From IMG/VR virus record IMGVR_UViG_3300023184_004198, positions 148,615 through 212,614 of that record: a stretch of 64,000 bases of DNA. One strand, 5' to 3'. Each line of letters opens with the position of its first letter. Position 1 is the first letter of the stretch. The translations under genes were made by a program, and so were the position numbers. The notes beneath the pieces are model-generated. The model had not been told where the DNA came from, did not search any database, and worked only from the letters and a program-made list of their open reading frames with translations. This document shows positions 30,250 to 39,968 of this stretch, in pieces.

Positions 30250-30825
30250 ATGCTTCCCAACAGAATATTTCTAACAGGCGTGCCCGGCTCACGCTGGTCA
30301 GGTATTGCACAAACACTAGAAACCATTCCAGGTTTTAATACCACAGACCGCACACCAGCACGTACATACAGTCATCATAGTTACACAGGACACCAAGGTG
30401 CTTACTTTGGTCCAGGTATGGAACTGGAATGTAGATTAAATGACCAGTATATTGATGCGGCCTGGACTGAGCCTGGTGGCACACGATTGATTAAAAGTCA
30501 TGACTGGGCATATGTGTTGCCTCAAGTACAACATTATTTTCCCAAAGACTGGATCATGTTGGTGTATCGTCCAGACATGGCGTCATATGCATGGTGGCAC
30601 GAAGCAGGCGGGTTTCAAATCAAATACCCTTGCTATAATGCTTACCAGGACAGTACAGGCATGTTGGCAGCCATAACAAGACAGAATCAGTGCATACTTG
30701 AATATGCACACAGTCGTAATGCCACTTGGCATCACTTTACACCTGAATGGGTTGAAAGTACATTTGGACATAAGGTTGAAATTAAGAAGACTTTTCCAGA
30801 TATTTTAGTAACGGTGCTCAAATGA
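30250..30825 (+). CDS. Sulfotransferase-like P-loop protein
   Basis: IFLTGVPGSRWS resembles the 5'-PSB loop; IKSH; LVYR.D. Confidence 0.55.
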   Translation: MLPNRIFLTGVPGSRWSGIAQTLETIPGFNTTDRTPARTYSHHSYTGHQGAYFGPGMELECRLNDQYIDAAWTEPGGTRLIKSHDWAYVLPQVQHYFPKDWIMLVYRPDMASYAWWHEAGGFQIKYPCYNAYQDSTGMLAAITRQNQCILEYAHSRNATWHHFTPEWVESTFGHKVEIKKTFPDILVTVLK

Positions 30826-31052
30826 GAGATCATGTTTGGTATATCAAATACGCCAGTGCCATAACCATATTATGTGCAATGGTGTTACACGTTTTGGGCA
30901 TCACGCCCTGGAACAGTTTTGTGCAAATGATCGGAGCCGCTGGCTGGATCTATGTGGGCTATCGCTGGAATGAGCGAGCTCTGATGTTGAATTTCTTGCC
31001 CCAGTTCTTCATTATTATCCCGGGGCTGGTGTACATGTATTTTTTGCGATGA
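30822..31052 (+). CDS. Small 3-TM membrane protein
   Basis: Hydrophobic, coupled. Confidence 0.7.
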   Translation: MRDHVWYIKYASAITILCAMVLHVLGITPWNSFVQMIGAAGWIYVGYRWNERALMLNFLPQFFIIIPGLVYMYFLR

Positions 31053-31450
31053 AACGCATACTGATCATGGGTTTGAGTGGTACAGGCAAGACCACACTGG
31101 CTAAGTCACTGCAAACCAAATTGAACTCTGTACATTTTAATGCAGATCAAGTTAGAGGTATGTTCAATGACTGGGACTTCAGTGCAGAAGGACGCATACG
31201 TCAAAGTCAACGCATGCGAGATCTTGCTGATGCAGCCCAGGCTGACTATGTGATTGCTGATTTTATTGCACCATTGAATCGCATGCGAGTAATATTTGAC
31301 GCTGATTTTACCATATGGATGGACACTGTACAGCGCAGTCGGTTTGCAGACACTGACCAAATGTTTGTACCTCCTACTAGTTGGGAATATGACATGAGGA
31401 TCACCTCATTTGACTACAATATAGATAATATCTTAAAGGAACTACCATGA
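31049..31450 (+). CDS. Adenylylsulfate (APS) kinase-like P-loop kinase
   Basis: GLSGTGKTT, NAD.VR, DFS.EGR..Q, IADFIAP...R. Confidence 0.75.
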   Translation: MKRILIMGLSGTGKTTLAKSLQTKLNSVHFNADQVRGMFNDWDFSAEGRIRQSQRMRDLADAAQADYVIADFIAPLNRMRVIFDADFTIWMDTVQRSRFADTDQMFVPPTSWEYDMRITSFDYNIDNILKELP

Positions 31451-32412
31451 AACGATTACTCTTACTGTTATTAATGATTCCCATGATGGCCCTGGCCTGG
31501 GAACCCAGCCGCCCAGTTACTGTGGTGATAGGCAATGCACCTGGTGCAGGCAATGAACTAGCATTTAGAAAACTGTCACAGATCATCAATCGCACCAACA
31601 AAAAAATTACGTTTGTTGTTGAAAACCGTGCAGGCGCAGACAGCGTGATTGCAATGAATCACATGATGCAAGTATTGCCAGATGGGCATACCATTGCTGC
31701 TTTTAATCACATGAGCCAATATGTTACCCAGGACATTTGGCAGCGCGACATCAAAAAGTATGACTACAACACATTTGAGGATGTGCTTACCATAGGCAAA
31801 AGTCCCTTAGTGCTTGTTGCTATTTCCACCAGCGCAGTCAACACTCCAGATGAATTTGCTACACTGTTGCGTACCACACAACAACCCGTGTTTGTGGCTG
31901 TGGGGTCAGGCGCACATAGAATCACATTTGAGTATTTGATGCTGAAGACCGGGGGCAATAAAAACTTGGTTCGGCACATTGCTTTTAATGGGCCGGCACA
32001 GGCATTGCAAAGTGTTGCTAGTAGTGCAGGTGGCACAGAGTTTGGTATCATGCCCTTGACTGTGGCCCGTCCCTTGATCGAAGCAGGCCGGGTCAAAGCC
32101 ATTGGCATCACTGGTGATCGAAAAATAGCGCAAATGCCAAATATCCCACTATTACGAAAGATCGCCCCGGGCATCAACATATTTGCTGCCTGGAACATTG
32201 TGTTGCCGCCACGCACTGATCGTGTGATTGTGGACTATTATGCGGATTTATTTGCTCGGGCTATAAATACTACAGAATACCAAGAATGGATGGATCAAAA
32301 CTTGGTATTTGTGGAAAGCCGAGAGTTAGATCCAGATGGTTTACGGCAACATGCCCAAGAACTACGCCGAACATTCCTACCCCTAGCAAACCAAATCAAC
32401 CCCACCGAATAA
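31447..32412 (+). CDS. Bug/TctC tripartite tricarboxylate transporter substrate-binding protein
   Basis: Signal peptide, P.RPV.V.....PG.G, VVENRAGA, PDG.T, AGRVKAI.ITG..R....P.IP. Confidence 0.85.
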   Translation: MKRLLLLLLMIPMMALAWEPSRPVTVVIGNAPGAGNELAFRKLSQIINRTNKKITFVVENRAGADSVIAMNHMMQVLPDGHTIAAFNHMSQYVTQDIWQRDIKKYDYNTFEDVLTIGKSPLVLVAISTSAVNTPDEFATLLRTTQQPVFVAVGSGAHRITFEYLMLKTGGNKNLVRHIAFNGPAQALQSVASSAGGTEFGIMPLTVARPLIEAGRVKAIGITGDRKIAQMPNIPLLRKIAPGINIFAAWNIVLPPRTDRVIVDYYADLFARAINTTEYQEWMDQNLVFVESRELDPDGLRQHAQELRRTFLPLANQINPTE

Positions 32413-32451
32413 CATAAATATTCGTGTATCGATACACTTAAGGAGAATTCC

Positions 32452-33147
32452 ATGGATGCAAAACAATTTGTTAAAAAACTAGTTGAGGACAATCAAGCAT
32501 TGTTCAAGGCCAGCCAGTATAACGTTAAAGAATACTTCGACAGCAAACCTGCTCAAGAAGAATTAGTCGAGCACTTTGTTGGCCGCATGGTCAACGAGCG
32601 CATGAACATGGTGGAAATTGCCAATGCAGTTGCTGCCATGCCTGCTGACACCCCAACAGAAGAACTAGAACTGTTGACACGTCAGGCACAAGACGAAGCC
32701 CGTCACTTCCGCATGGTCAAAGAAGTCATTGAGCACATGACTGGTCAGCCGCTAGACGTAGCCGCTGCCATCGCTGCTGAGGCTGCCAAACCCACTGCCA
32801 AAGGTGCTGGCTTGTTGGCCAAGTACGAAGCAGAAACTGATCCTGTTGCCCTGGCAGCATATCAGTTGGTTGCTGAAGGCCGCGCTGAGGCTGTATGGAA
32901 CCAAATGGCTGACTGCATTGAAGACGAGTTCATCTCTACTAGTTACGCCAAGATTGCCAAAGACGAAGGTTTCCACGCCAACATTGGTGGTTGGAAACTG
33001 GAAAAATTGGTTCAAGACGAAGCCACACAACAACGTGTTGAAGTGTTGGTCGCTAAAATGCGCCGGGACTTGTATGACATTTCATGCCGGAACACCACTG
33101 CTGCTGCGGCAGGCAAGCAACTAGTGGCCGAAGCCTACGGTTGGTAA
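32452..33147 (+). CDS. Ferritin-like diiron-carboxylate protein
   Basis: E...DEARH...E...DEGFH (two ExxH motifs); AAGGAG RBS. Confidence 0.8.
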   Translation: MDAKQFVKKLVEDNQALFKASQYNVKEYFDSKPAQEELVEHFVGRMVNERMNMVEIANAVAAMPADTPTEELELLTRQAQDEARHFRMVKEVIEHMTGQPLDVAAAIAAEAAKPTAKGAGLLAKYEAETDPVALAAYQLVAEGRAEAVWNQMADCIEDEFISTSYAKIAKDEGFHANIGGWKLEKLVQDEATQQRVEVLVAKMRRDLYDISCRNTTAAAAGKQLVAEAYGW

Positions 33148-33680
33148 TGAAGATAGGACTCACACAACGAGTCCTGTTTCACCAAGATCGGGCGTATGAT
33201 TCCTTGGAGCACTCGTGGTACGAGTTTTTGCAAGGACATACGCTCATTCCAATTGCAAACAGACTTCCTGTAAACATCACAGATCTAGACGCACTAATCA
33301 TCACAGGTGGCGATGATCATGTCATACGCAACCAAGTAGAACATGAACTAGCAGATTGGATGTTTTTGCTCAATCTTCCTGTGTTAGGTATTTGTCATGG
33401 ATGCCAATTCCTAACACAGAAACTGGGTGGCACAGTTGTGCCCGTTGACGATCACATGGACAGTTATCATGAAGTTGATTATCACGGTGAATCGCACCTG
33501 GTCAACAGTTATCATTCTCTGCGTATAGAACACCCACCCCCAGGCGCCACAGTGCTGGCACGTGACCCCGATGGCTATGTAGAATCCTGGATCCAGGGAC
33601 GCACCGCTGGCATCATGTGGCATCCTGAGCGCATGTCACAACCTTGGATACCCCAAGAAATACAAAACTTACTAAATTGA
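33147..33680 (+). CDS. Class I glutamine amidotransferase (PuuD/peptidase C26-like)
   Basis: LIITGGDD, LGICHG, VNSYH, WHPE. Confidence 0.88.
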   Translation: MKIGLTQRVLFHQDRAYDSLEHSWYEFLQGHTLIPIANRLPVNITDLDALIITGGDDHVIRNQVEHELADWMFLLNLPVLGICHGCQFLTQKLGGTVVPVDDHMDSYHEVDYHGESHLVNSYHSLRIEHPPPGATVLARDPDGYVESWIQGRTAGIMWHPERMSQPWIPQEIQNLLN

Positions 33681-34678
33681 ATCGACTGGTTTATTATCCC
33701 ACAGGCAGTTACGGTACATTTATGCAGTGGCTGTGCAATACTCCCAATATTTCTTCAGCAGAAGATTTACCATTCCATGTTGATGGCAACAGTCATCAAT
33801 ATGTGCTGAGTGATCAATTCAAATTATTAGTGTCAGATCAAGACACTGAAGAATTTGTTTTGACTAAAAATTCTACTGTGGTATCCTGTATTCCTCCAGT
33901 AGACCACAACAGCAAACTTTACAACAAACATGAACAACAAGATTTTTATTACCAGACCACTTTACAACACATAGAATATTTTGATAAACGATTGGTAAAA
34001 ATATTGGTACTTTATCCAACTGAAACTAGTAAAATATGGTGGTGGCATAACAACTGCAAAAAAGTATTTTACACCGAAGAAATGTTTGATAGAAAAATCA
34101 AACATGCTCATCCTGATATCCCTTGGTTGACCACAATAGATCCTGTACAACGTGCTAGGGTGCAAATGAATTATTATCAAAGTCGTGCATGGTATCAAAC
34201 ATTGTTAGAAAATTTTAACTGCGTAAATGCACATCAACTCAGGCCTGGGCAACTGCGCACAGTGATGGCGCAAGCAATACATTACGAAACATTTGACAGT
34301 TTGAGTCATTGGGCGCAATTGCCCCCACAATTGCCCAATGTTAAATTTGTGTCTTTAGATCAACTACGAGATTGCACAAAGCAAACAGTACAAAACATAT
34401 TTGAATATTTCAAAGTGCAATCTAATTTGCCATTGGATTTTGTTTTGGATCAGTGGACTATGCGACAAACAACTCGCAATAGAGACGTCGAACACAGTAA
34501 AATTATAAACTGCATAGTTAACAATCAAACCTGTGATTGGAGCAATTTGAATTTTGATTTGTTTGACGAAGTGTACCTTTATTATGCATTAAAATATCAA
34601 CACAATATCTTATTAGACACAGACAGCATAGATTGTTTGCCAACCAACTCACAGGATCTACTGCGCCTGGCCCGCTAA
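33677..34678 (+). CDS. Hypothetical protein, possible sulfotransferase-like fold (AT-rich)
   Basis: Y.TGSYGTF..W N-terminal loop; TTG start. Confidence 0.55.
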   Translation: MNRLVYYPTGSYGTFMQWLCNTPNISSAEDLPFHVDGNSHQYVLSDQFKLLVSDQDTEEFVLTKNSTVVSCIPPVDHNSKLYNKHEQQDFYYQTTLQHIEYFDKRLVKILVLYPTETSKIWWWHNNCKKVFYTEEMFDRKIKHAHPDIPWLTTIDPVQRARVQMNYYQSRAWYQTLLENFNCVNAHQLRPGQLRTVMAQAIHYETFDSLSHWAQLPPQLPNVKFVSLDQLRDCTKQTVQNIFEYFKVQSNLPLDFVLDQWTMRQTTRNRDVEHSKIINCIVNNQTCDWSNLNFDLFDEVYLYYALKYQHNILLDTDSIDCLPTNSQDLLRLAR

Positions 34679-34686
34679 ATAATCAC

Positions 34687-35145
34687 ATGTGGATTTTACA
34701 CTTCTTACCGGACACACTCATACTTTGGATCTGCAACACGGTGTTGTTGGCAGGCATCTTGCTGACTGTGACAGCATTTTTTATCAAACGCATACCTGTC
34801 ATAAACCAATACCGGATACCCGCACAAGTTCTGGGCATCGCACTGCTGGTGATAGGCGTATACTGGCGCGGTGGCTATGCTATCGAAATGGAATGGCGAG
34901 AACGTGTGGCCGAAGTAGAAGCCAAGGTAGCGGCTGCTGAAGCACAGAGCCGAGAAGCCAACACAAAAATTGTAACCAAAGTTGTTACAAAAACACAGGT
35001 TATACGAACTCGTGGCGAAACTATCACCAAATACATTGACCGGGAAATTGTACAGTATGATACAAAGTTTGCCCCAGGTGGCCAGTGTGAAATACCACAA
35101 GAATTTATCAAAGCACACAACAGTGCAGCAGAGGCACCCAAATGA
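34687..35145 (+). CDS. Rz-like inner-membrane spanin
   Basis: TM segments, coiled coil, IVTKVV...TKYIDRE...C.IP..F...HN.AA. Confidence 0.65.
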   Translation: MWILHFLPDTLILWICNTVLLAGILLTVTAFFIKRIPVINQYRIPAQVLGIALLVIGVYWRGGYAIEMEWRERVAEVEAKVAAAEAQSREANTKIVTKVVTKTQVIRTRGETITKYIDREIVQYDTKFAPGGQCEIPQEFIKAHNSAAEAPK

Positions 35146-35678
35146 AAATTAACGACATTATTACAGAAGCCAAATCGGCACATCCACGACAGGCTGCAAA
35201 AGCCATAGCCATGAGAAATGCGGGCATAAAACCCAAGCACATGGGCGAGAGTGCAGAGTTGGCTGAAGAGTTTGATCTCATTGAATCAATCATTGAACGC
35301 CTGGCCGAACACAACGGTGTGGATTCTGAAGTGATCTGGGAAGATTTAGAAACACTGTCAGAAGATGAACTGTATGTGTTTGCTGTGACATCAGAGCCCA
35401 TCATGGAAAGTGAAGCCTGGCAAAAAGCCAACAACCGTGACAAAACAGATGGCATGAGTCGCAAAGCAGTGAAAACTTATCGCAGAGAACATCCAGGCAG
35501 TAAACTACAAACAGCAGTTACTACCAAGCCTAGTAAACTCAAGCGTGGTAGCAAGGCCAGCAAGCGTAGATCAAGTTATTGCAGTCGCAGTCGTGGACAG
35601 ATGAAGATGCACAGCATTTCGTGTTCCAAGACTCCAGACAAAGCAATATGCAAAGCACGTCGTCGTTGGAACTGCTGA
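35142..35678 (+). CDS. Leader-bearing putative internal head protein with basic Cys C-terminal domain
   Basis: MKINDIITE leader, acidic middle, RRSSYCSRS...KARRRWNC end. Confidence 0.7.
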   Translation: MKINDIITEAKSAHPRQAAKAIAMRNAGIKPKHMGESAELAEEFDLIESIIERLAEHNGVDSEVIWEDLETLSEDELYVFAVTSEPIMESEAWQKANNRDKTDGMSRKAVKTYRREHPGSKLQTAVTTKPSKLKRGSKASKRRSSYCSRSRGQMKMHSISCSKTPDKAICKARRRWNC

Positions 35679-35938
35679 TGCGAGTACTACTGTTATCATT
35701 GCTACTCACCGGTTGCAGTACTGTGGTACCTGTCACTGCCAAGTTTCCTGAAGCACCGGGTAACATAGCAATGACCCCTTGTCCACAACTGCAAAAATTA
35801 GCAGAAGATGCCAAGTTAAGTGACATCACAAAAACTGTCACAGTAAACTATGGCACGTATTATGAATGTGCTGTGAAAACAGATGCCTGGATTGAGTGGT
35901 ATCAAAAACAACAACAAATATTCAACAACATAAAATAA
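35678..35938 (+). CDS. Rz1-like outer-membrane spanin lipoprotein
   Basis: MRVLLLSLLLTGC lipobox; P..P....PCP.L..L...NY..Y.EC. Confidence 0.7.
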   Translation: MRVLLLSLLLTGCSTVVPVTAKFPEAPGNIAMTPCPQLQKLAEDAKLSDITKTVTVNYGTYYECAVKTDAWIEWYQKQQQIFNNIK

Positions 35939-35948
35939 GGAGCCACAA

Positions 35949-36563
35949 ATGGAACTAACAATCGGTCAACTAAAACAAATGGTGCCCGGCATACCCTATG
36001 CTGAACACTGGTATGAAGCATTAGACCAATTATTACCCGACTATGAGATCAACACACCCGAACGCATTGCTGCCTTTATAGCACAGTGCGCACATGAGTC
36101 AGGCGGATTCCGGTTCATCAAAGAAAACTTGAACTACAAAGCAGAAAGTCTGCGTAAAATTTTTAGCAAGTATTTTCCCACAGATGAACTAGCACAGGCC
36201 TATGCTAAAAAGCCTGAAATGATTGCCAACAGAGTTTACGCTAATCGCATGGGCAACGGTGACGAGCACTCCGGTGACGGGTATCGCTACTGCGGACGTG
36301 GGCTGATCCAACTTACTGGCAAAAGCAATTACGAAAACTTTGCTGCCAGTTTGGAAATTTCCCCAGAAGAAGCCGCAGAGTACCTGGGCACATTTGAAGG
36401 TGCCGCACAAAGTGCCTGCTGGTTCTGGGAAAGCAACAACTTGAATGTGGAAGCCGACGCCGGCGACATCAAGAAAATGACCAAGAAGATCAATGGTGGT
36501 TACATTGGTTTGGAAGATCGTATCAAGCACTACGAACACGCATTACACATCATGGGAGCATAA
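35949..36563 (+). CDS. Glycoside hydrolase family 19 endolysin
   Basis: AAFIAQCAHESGGF...ENLNY, NRMGNG, GRGLIQLTG..NY, TK.INGG..GL.DR. Confidence 0.92.
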   Translation: MELTIGQLKQMVPGIPYAEHWYEALDQLLPDYEINTPERIAAFIAQCAHESGGFRFIKENLNYKAESLRKIFSKYFPTDELAQAYAKKPEMIANRVYANRMGNGDEHSGDGYRYCGRGLIQLTGKSNYENFAASLEISPEEAAEYLGTFEGAAQSACWFWESNNLNVEADAGDIKKMTKKINGGYIGLEDRIKHYEHALHIMGA

Positions 36564-36564
36564 C

Positions 36565-37278
36565 ATGCCAATACAAATTGGCGGCGGCATTAGTATAGGT
36601 GGTGGGATTACTATAGATCAGGGATTTGCACCAAGTGTGACCTTGTCGTATGATTTAGATGCTGCCAACTATTCAGCAGTGCCCACAAACGGTTCATTGG
36701 ATGCCACAGGTACCTATGCTATCACTGTGGCCAATGCTGGTGCTAGTATTTCTTGGCAGGCTGACAATGGTGGATTATTTAGAAAAAGCAACGCTACAGG
36801 CACAGATGTAATCTACGGTGGACCCAACTGGGTTACTGGGCAAAGTTATTCAGTATTCATGGCCTACAGACGCATAGCCACATCCAGTGGACGACTGCTG
36901 AACACACAAAGCGAAGCATCAAAAGACTGGCTCATGGGATTGTACAACGGCAACCCCAACACATTCTATCCCAACTTCTCAGTGAACTTGCCTGCCACTG
37001 GTGCTGACCTTGTGTGGCGCTTTGGCTGGGCCACATGGAATACCTCTACCAGCACAGGACAGATATGGGGCGCCACTAATACTTTGCCCACAAATTACTT
37101 GTTCACAGGTACCAATGGTGCTGGCGGCGGCTTCAATCAACTGCGAATGTTCAGCAGATCCGCAGGCAGCGAAGTGCAAACCGCTGACATAGGCTTTGTC
37201 AAAGCCTACAGTGGTATACTGACATTGGCAGACATACAAGGTCTATACAATCAATACCGAACAAGATTTGGATACTAA
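36565..37278 (+). CDS. LamG/concanavalin-like virion protein
   Basis: LDAANY N-terminus; ...Y...LT..DI..LYN..R.RFG C-terminus. Confidence 0.7.
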   Translation: MPIQIGGGISIGGGITIDQGFAPSVTLSYDLDAANYSAVPTNGSLDATGTYAITVANAGASISWQADNGGLFRKSNATGTDVIYGGPNWVTGQSYSVFMAYRRIATSSGRLLNTQSEASKDWLMGLYNGNPNTFYPNFSVNLPATGADLVWRFGWATWNTSTSTGQIWGATNTLPTNYLFTGTNGAGGGFNQLRMFSRSAGSEVQTADIGFVKAYSGILTLADIQGLYNQYRTRFGY

Positions 37279-37289
37279 AGGAGAATACC

Positions 37290-37835
37290 ATGGCTGAAGA
37301 GCAAACACAACCCAAACCACTGTCACGTAGCGAACGTGAAGCAGCAATCAAAGACAAAGCAGGCCTAGTGATTGTGATCATGGCCCTGTTCATGGCTGTG
37401 ACCACTTACTTTAGCAACAGTTACTCAGGTGCTGTGTTAAAGAACATGCTCAAGGCCACAGACACCTATGCTTTCTATCAGAGCAAAAGTATCAAGCAAA
37501 GCATTGCCGAAGGACAGTTAGAACAAACTCAAAATCCTCAGCGTCGAGCAGAACTCGAAGCCAAAATTGCACGTTACGAAAGTGACCCTGCCAAGGGCGA
37601 AGGCAAACGTGAACTGTTGCAAAAGGCACAGGCCTATGAAGCAGCACGTGATGAAGCCACCCGACACTCGCCATGGTTGACATTTGCGTCCCTGGCATTT
37701 CAACTGGCCATTGTGCTGTTGAGTGCCAGCATTTTGAGTGTGAACAACACCATGTACAGAATAAGTGAAGTTGTGGCTGTGATTGGCACAGTGCTGTTGA
37801 GCCAGGGTATCTGGCTGTGGATTCCGTTCATCTAA
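37290..37835 (+). CDS. DUF4337-like membrane protein
   Basis: A.D.YAFYQSKSIKQ, RYE, FQLAIVL.SAS; 3 TM. Confidence 0.7.
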   Translation: MAEEQTQPKPLSRSEREAAIKDKAGLVIVIMALFMAVTTYFSNSYSGAVLKNMLKATDTYAFYQSKSIKQSIAEGQLEQTQNPQRRAELEAKIARYESDPAKGEGKRELLQKAQAYEAARDEATRHSPWLTFASLAFQLAIVLLSASILSVNNTMYRISEVVAVIGTVLLSQGIWLWIPFI

Positions 37836-37892
37836 CACGCACTTAATCTAGCACAAGATCCGTTAAATACTCATAGCCACCATCGAAGTGGC

Positions 37893-38726
37893 ATGAGTTA
37901 TAATAAGATGGATCCACTAACACTATTTGCATTAGCCAACGGTGCAGTTCAGGCTGTGAAAAAAGGATGTCAACTGTACAAGGACATCAAATCCGCTGCG
38001 GGCGATGTAAAAGGCGTACTTAAAGATCTTGACAATCAGTTTCACAAAAAGTACGATGGCAAGCCTGTGCCTGACGCTGCTGTCAAACAACTCAACGAAG
38101 AAAAAGCCCGGGTCAAAGACCTAAACAAACGCAGTGAAGAAAGCACCAATATCTACACAGAGATTGGAGATGCCTTGGGACAGTACTACGACAACTATTT
38201 CAAATGTTTAGCAGTGCTGGAAGATGAAGAAAAACGTAGCAAAACTGAAGTATACAGTGGTGGTGACAGTCTGGCCAAACGTGCGTTGAAACGTGTGTTG
38301 ATGAAAAAGCAACTGGAACAAATGGGCACTGAACTGCGTGAACTCATGATTTATCAAAGCCCACCTGAACTGGGTGCGCTGTTCACTGAAGTAGAGGCCA
38401 TGACCAAAGAACTAGGCAAAGAACAACGAGTTCTCATGGCACGTGAACTAGAAAAAGCACATCGTCGCCGGCAACGCATGGCCAAGTATCAATTTGAATT
38501 TGCATTAGGCATTGCTATTCTTGTGTTGATTCTCATCATGGGCGGATTTTTCATGTGGGTAGCCTATGATGCGCAACGTCGTTGGGGTAACCCCACTCAA
38601 TACCGAGACACCTTGGCTGCGGTACAAAAACAAGAATGGTTTGAGCAACAGAAAAAACTCAAAGACTACGAACAATTTTTAGAACAACGTCGGCGTGAGG
38701 CGGAACAAAATGAATCCAGTCGCTAA
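37893..38726 (+). CDS. Coiled-coil membrane-anchored protein
   Basis: MDPLTLFA.AN.A...VK.G; C-terminal TM; start 37893 or 37908. Confidence 0.75.
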   Translation: MSYNKMDPLTLFALANGAVQAVKKGCQLYKDIKSAAGDVKGVLKDLDNQFHKKYDGKPVPDAAVKQLNEEKARVKDLNKRSEESTNIYTEIGDALGQYYDNYFKCLAVLEDEEKRSKTEVYSGGDSLAKRALKRVLMKKQLEQMGTELRELMIYQSPPELGALFTEVEAMTKELGKEQRVLMARELEKAHRRRQRMAKYQFEFALGIAILVLILIMGGFFMWVAYDAQRRWGNPTQYRDTLAAVQKQEWFEQQKKLKDYEQFLEQRRREAEQNESSR

Positions 38727-39045
38727 AACTCTGTTGTTGGTCATGGGCACAATACTTGCTGTGTTTGCAATACCTGCTGTATTAATCATATTTCATGAGT
38801 ACTTGAATGCGTTTTTTGCCATTGTGCTGGTGCTGGCCTGTTTTGTGTTGTTTGCCTATTACACCTATCAAGAGTTCTTGCCAGAGTTTCAGCGAGCACA
38901 ATTAGAAGAAGAGCAAATTGTAGCCGGCTTTGACGGTGACCCTGAAAAAATACGTTTTTACCGGGGATTCAAAAAACACTTTGATGGTGATTTAAACTTA
39001 GATGAGTTAAAGCAGTGGTTAATTGATCATCCAAGAAAATATTAA
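38710..39045 (+). CDS. 2-TM membrane protein
   Basis: Hydrophobic N-terminal half. Confidence 0.65.
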   Translation: MNPVAKTLLLVMGTILAVFAIPAVLIIFHEYLNAFFAIVLVLACFVLFAYYTYQEFLPEFQRAQLEEEQIVAGFDGDPEKIRFYRGFKKHFDGDLNLDELKQWLIDHPRKY

Positions 39046-39182
39046 TGTCGGGTGTATACCCATACAAAGGTCAAAGTCACTGCGCCGGCCACAATAAAAA
39101 TCAAACCCACGGTCAGCATGAATGACCATACAGCAACATTTTCTAAGTATTTTATAAGACGATCAACAAAGGATTTACGCAT
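39042..39182 (-). CDS. Small single-TM protein (46 aa, not in ORF track)
   Basis: MRKSFVDRLIKYLENVAVWSFMLTVGLIFIVAGAVTLTFVWVYTRH; TAAATA-N5-ATG upstream. Confidence 0.6.
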   Translation of the reverse strand: MRKSFVDRLIKYLENVAVWSFMLTVGLIFIVAGAVTLTFVWVYTRH

Positions 39183-39267
39183 TTTATTATTTAAATACAA
39201 GTTGTTTAAAGAATACACAGCAGTTATCTGTATGCAAAAACCATAAATATTCTAAAAGGAGCCTGAC

Positions 39268-39702
39268 ATGGCAGAAGAACAAAAACCAGAAAAGAAAGAC
39301 GAAGACTGGATGCAGAAAAAATGGCGTCCAGCCATGGGATGGATGTACATGTTGGTATGTACCCTGGACATGGCAGTATTCCCTGTGCTGTGGTCAGTGT
39401 TGCAGATGTTTCAACACACTACCATCACTCAATGGCAACCACTGACCTTGCAAGGCGCAGGACTATTCCACTTGGCCATGGGTGCTGTGCTAGGTATTGC
39501 TGCCTTTGGTCGCACACAAGAAAAGATTGCAGGCGCTGCAGTCAATCCTGCCCCCACAGCATCTGGTGTACCACTACCAGCACCTGCTCCGGTGGTAGCA
39601 TCAGCACCTCCACCTGCTCCACCAGTGGACACACCCCCAGCAGTTACCACAGGCTTTGGCGGAAAGAAAGCGCCACCTGAACCTGCTTTCCCAGAAATCT
39701 AA
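39268..39702 (+). CDS. Holin (3TM / GTA-release holin-like)
   Basis: W...WRPAMGW.Y...MGAVLGI.A.GRT.EK; in the lysis region. Confidence 0.7.
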   Translation: MAEEQKPEKKDEDWMQKKWRPAMGWMYMLVCTLDMAVFPVLWSVLQMFQHTTITQWQPLTLQGAGLFHLAMGAVLGIAAFGRTQEKIAGAAVNPAPTASGVPLPAPAPVVASAPPPAPPVDTPPAVTTGFGGKKAPPEPAFPEI

Positions 39703-39714
39703 AAGGAAAACATC

Positions 39715-39939
39715 ATGCAAAATCGTTTATATTCAATATTACCCATCCTAGTTGGCATTGGCCTGTTGTTCCTGGCTAACCTTGCTCACGCCGAAGCACA
39801 AATCAAAGAAGTATGTAAAGATAAATTAGACAAAACTGGCAAGGTCGTAATGGATAAATCAGGCAAACCCAAACAAGACTGTAAAAAAATCAAAGTACAC
39901 AAGAAACTTGAAGGCACCAAAGTACCTGAAAAGAAATAA
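39715..39939 (+). CDS. Small secreted Lys-rich protein
   Basis: Signal peptide ending AHA; two Cys. Confidence 0.7.
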   Translation: MQNRLYSILPILVGIGLLFLANLAHAEAQIKEVCKDKLDKTGKVVMDKSGKPKQDCKKIKVHKKLEGTKVPEKK

Positions 39940-39968
39940 TTGACCTCCACACCAGGGTCCTGTATAAT
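39940..39968 (+). promoter_or_regulatory. Sigma70-type promoter for dnaJ
   Basis: TTGACC-N17-TATAAT. Confidence 0.8.

Noticed and set aside
30234-30353. N-terminal extension of the minus-strand methyltransferase in the ORF track
   Set aside because: Overlaps the divergent gene 30250; ATG 30233 follows a TATAAT and is more plausible
39052-39246. 64-aa + strand ORF
   Set aside because: No RBS; the minus-strand TM ORF with a promoter motif fits better
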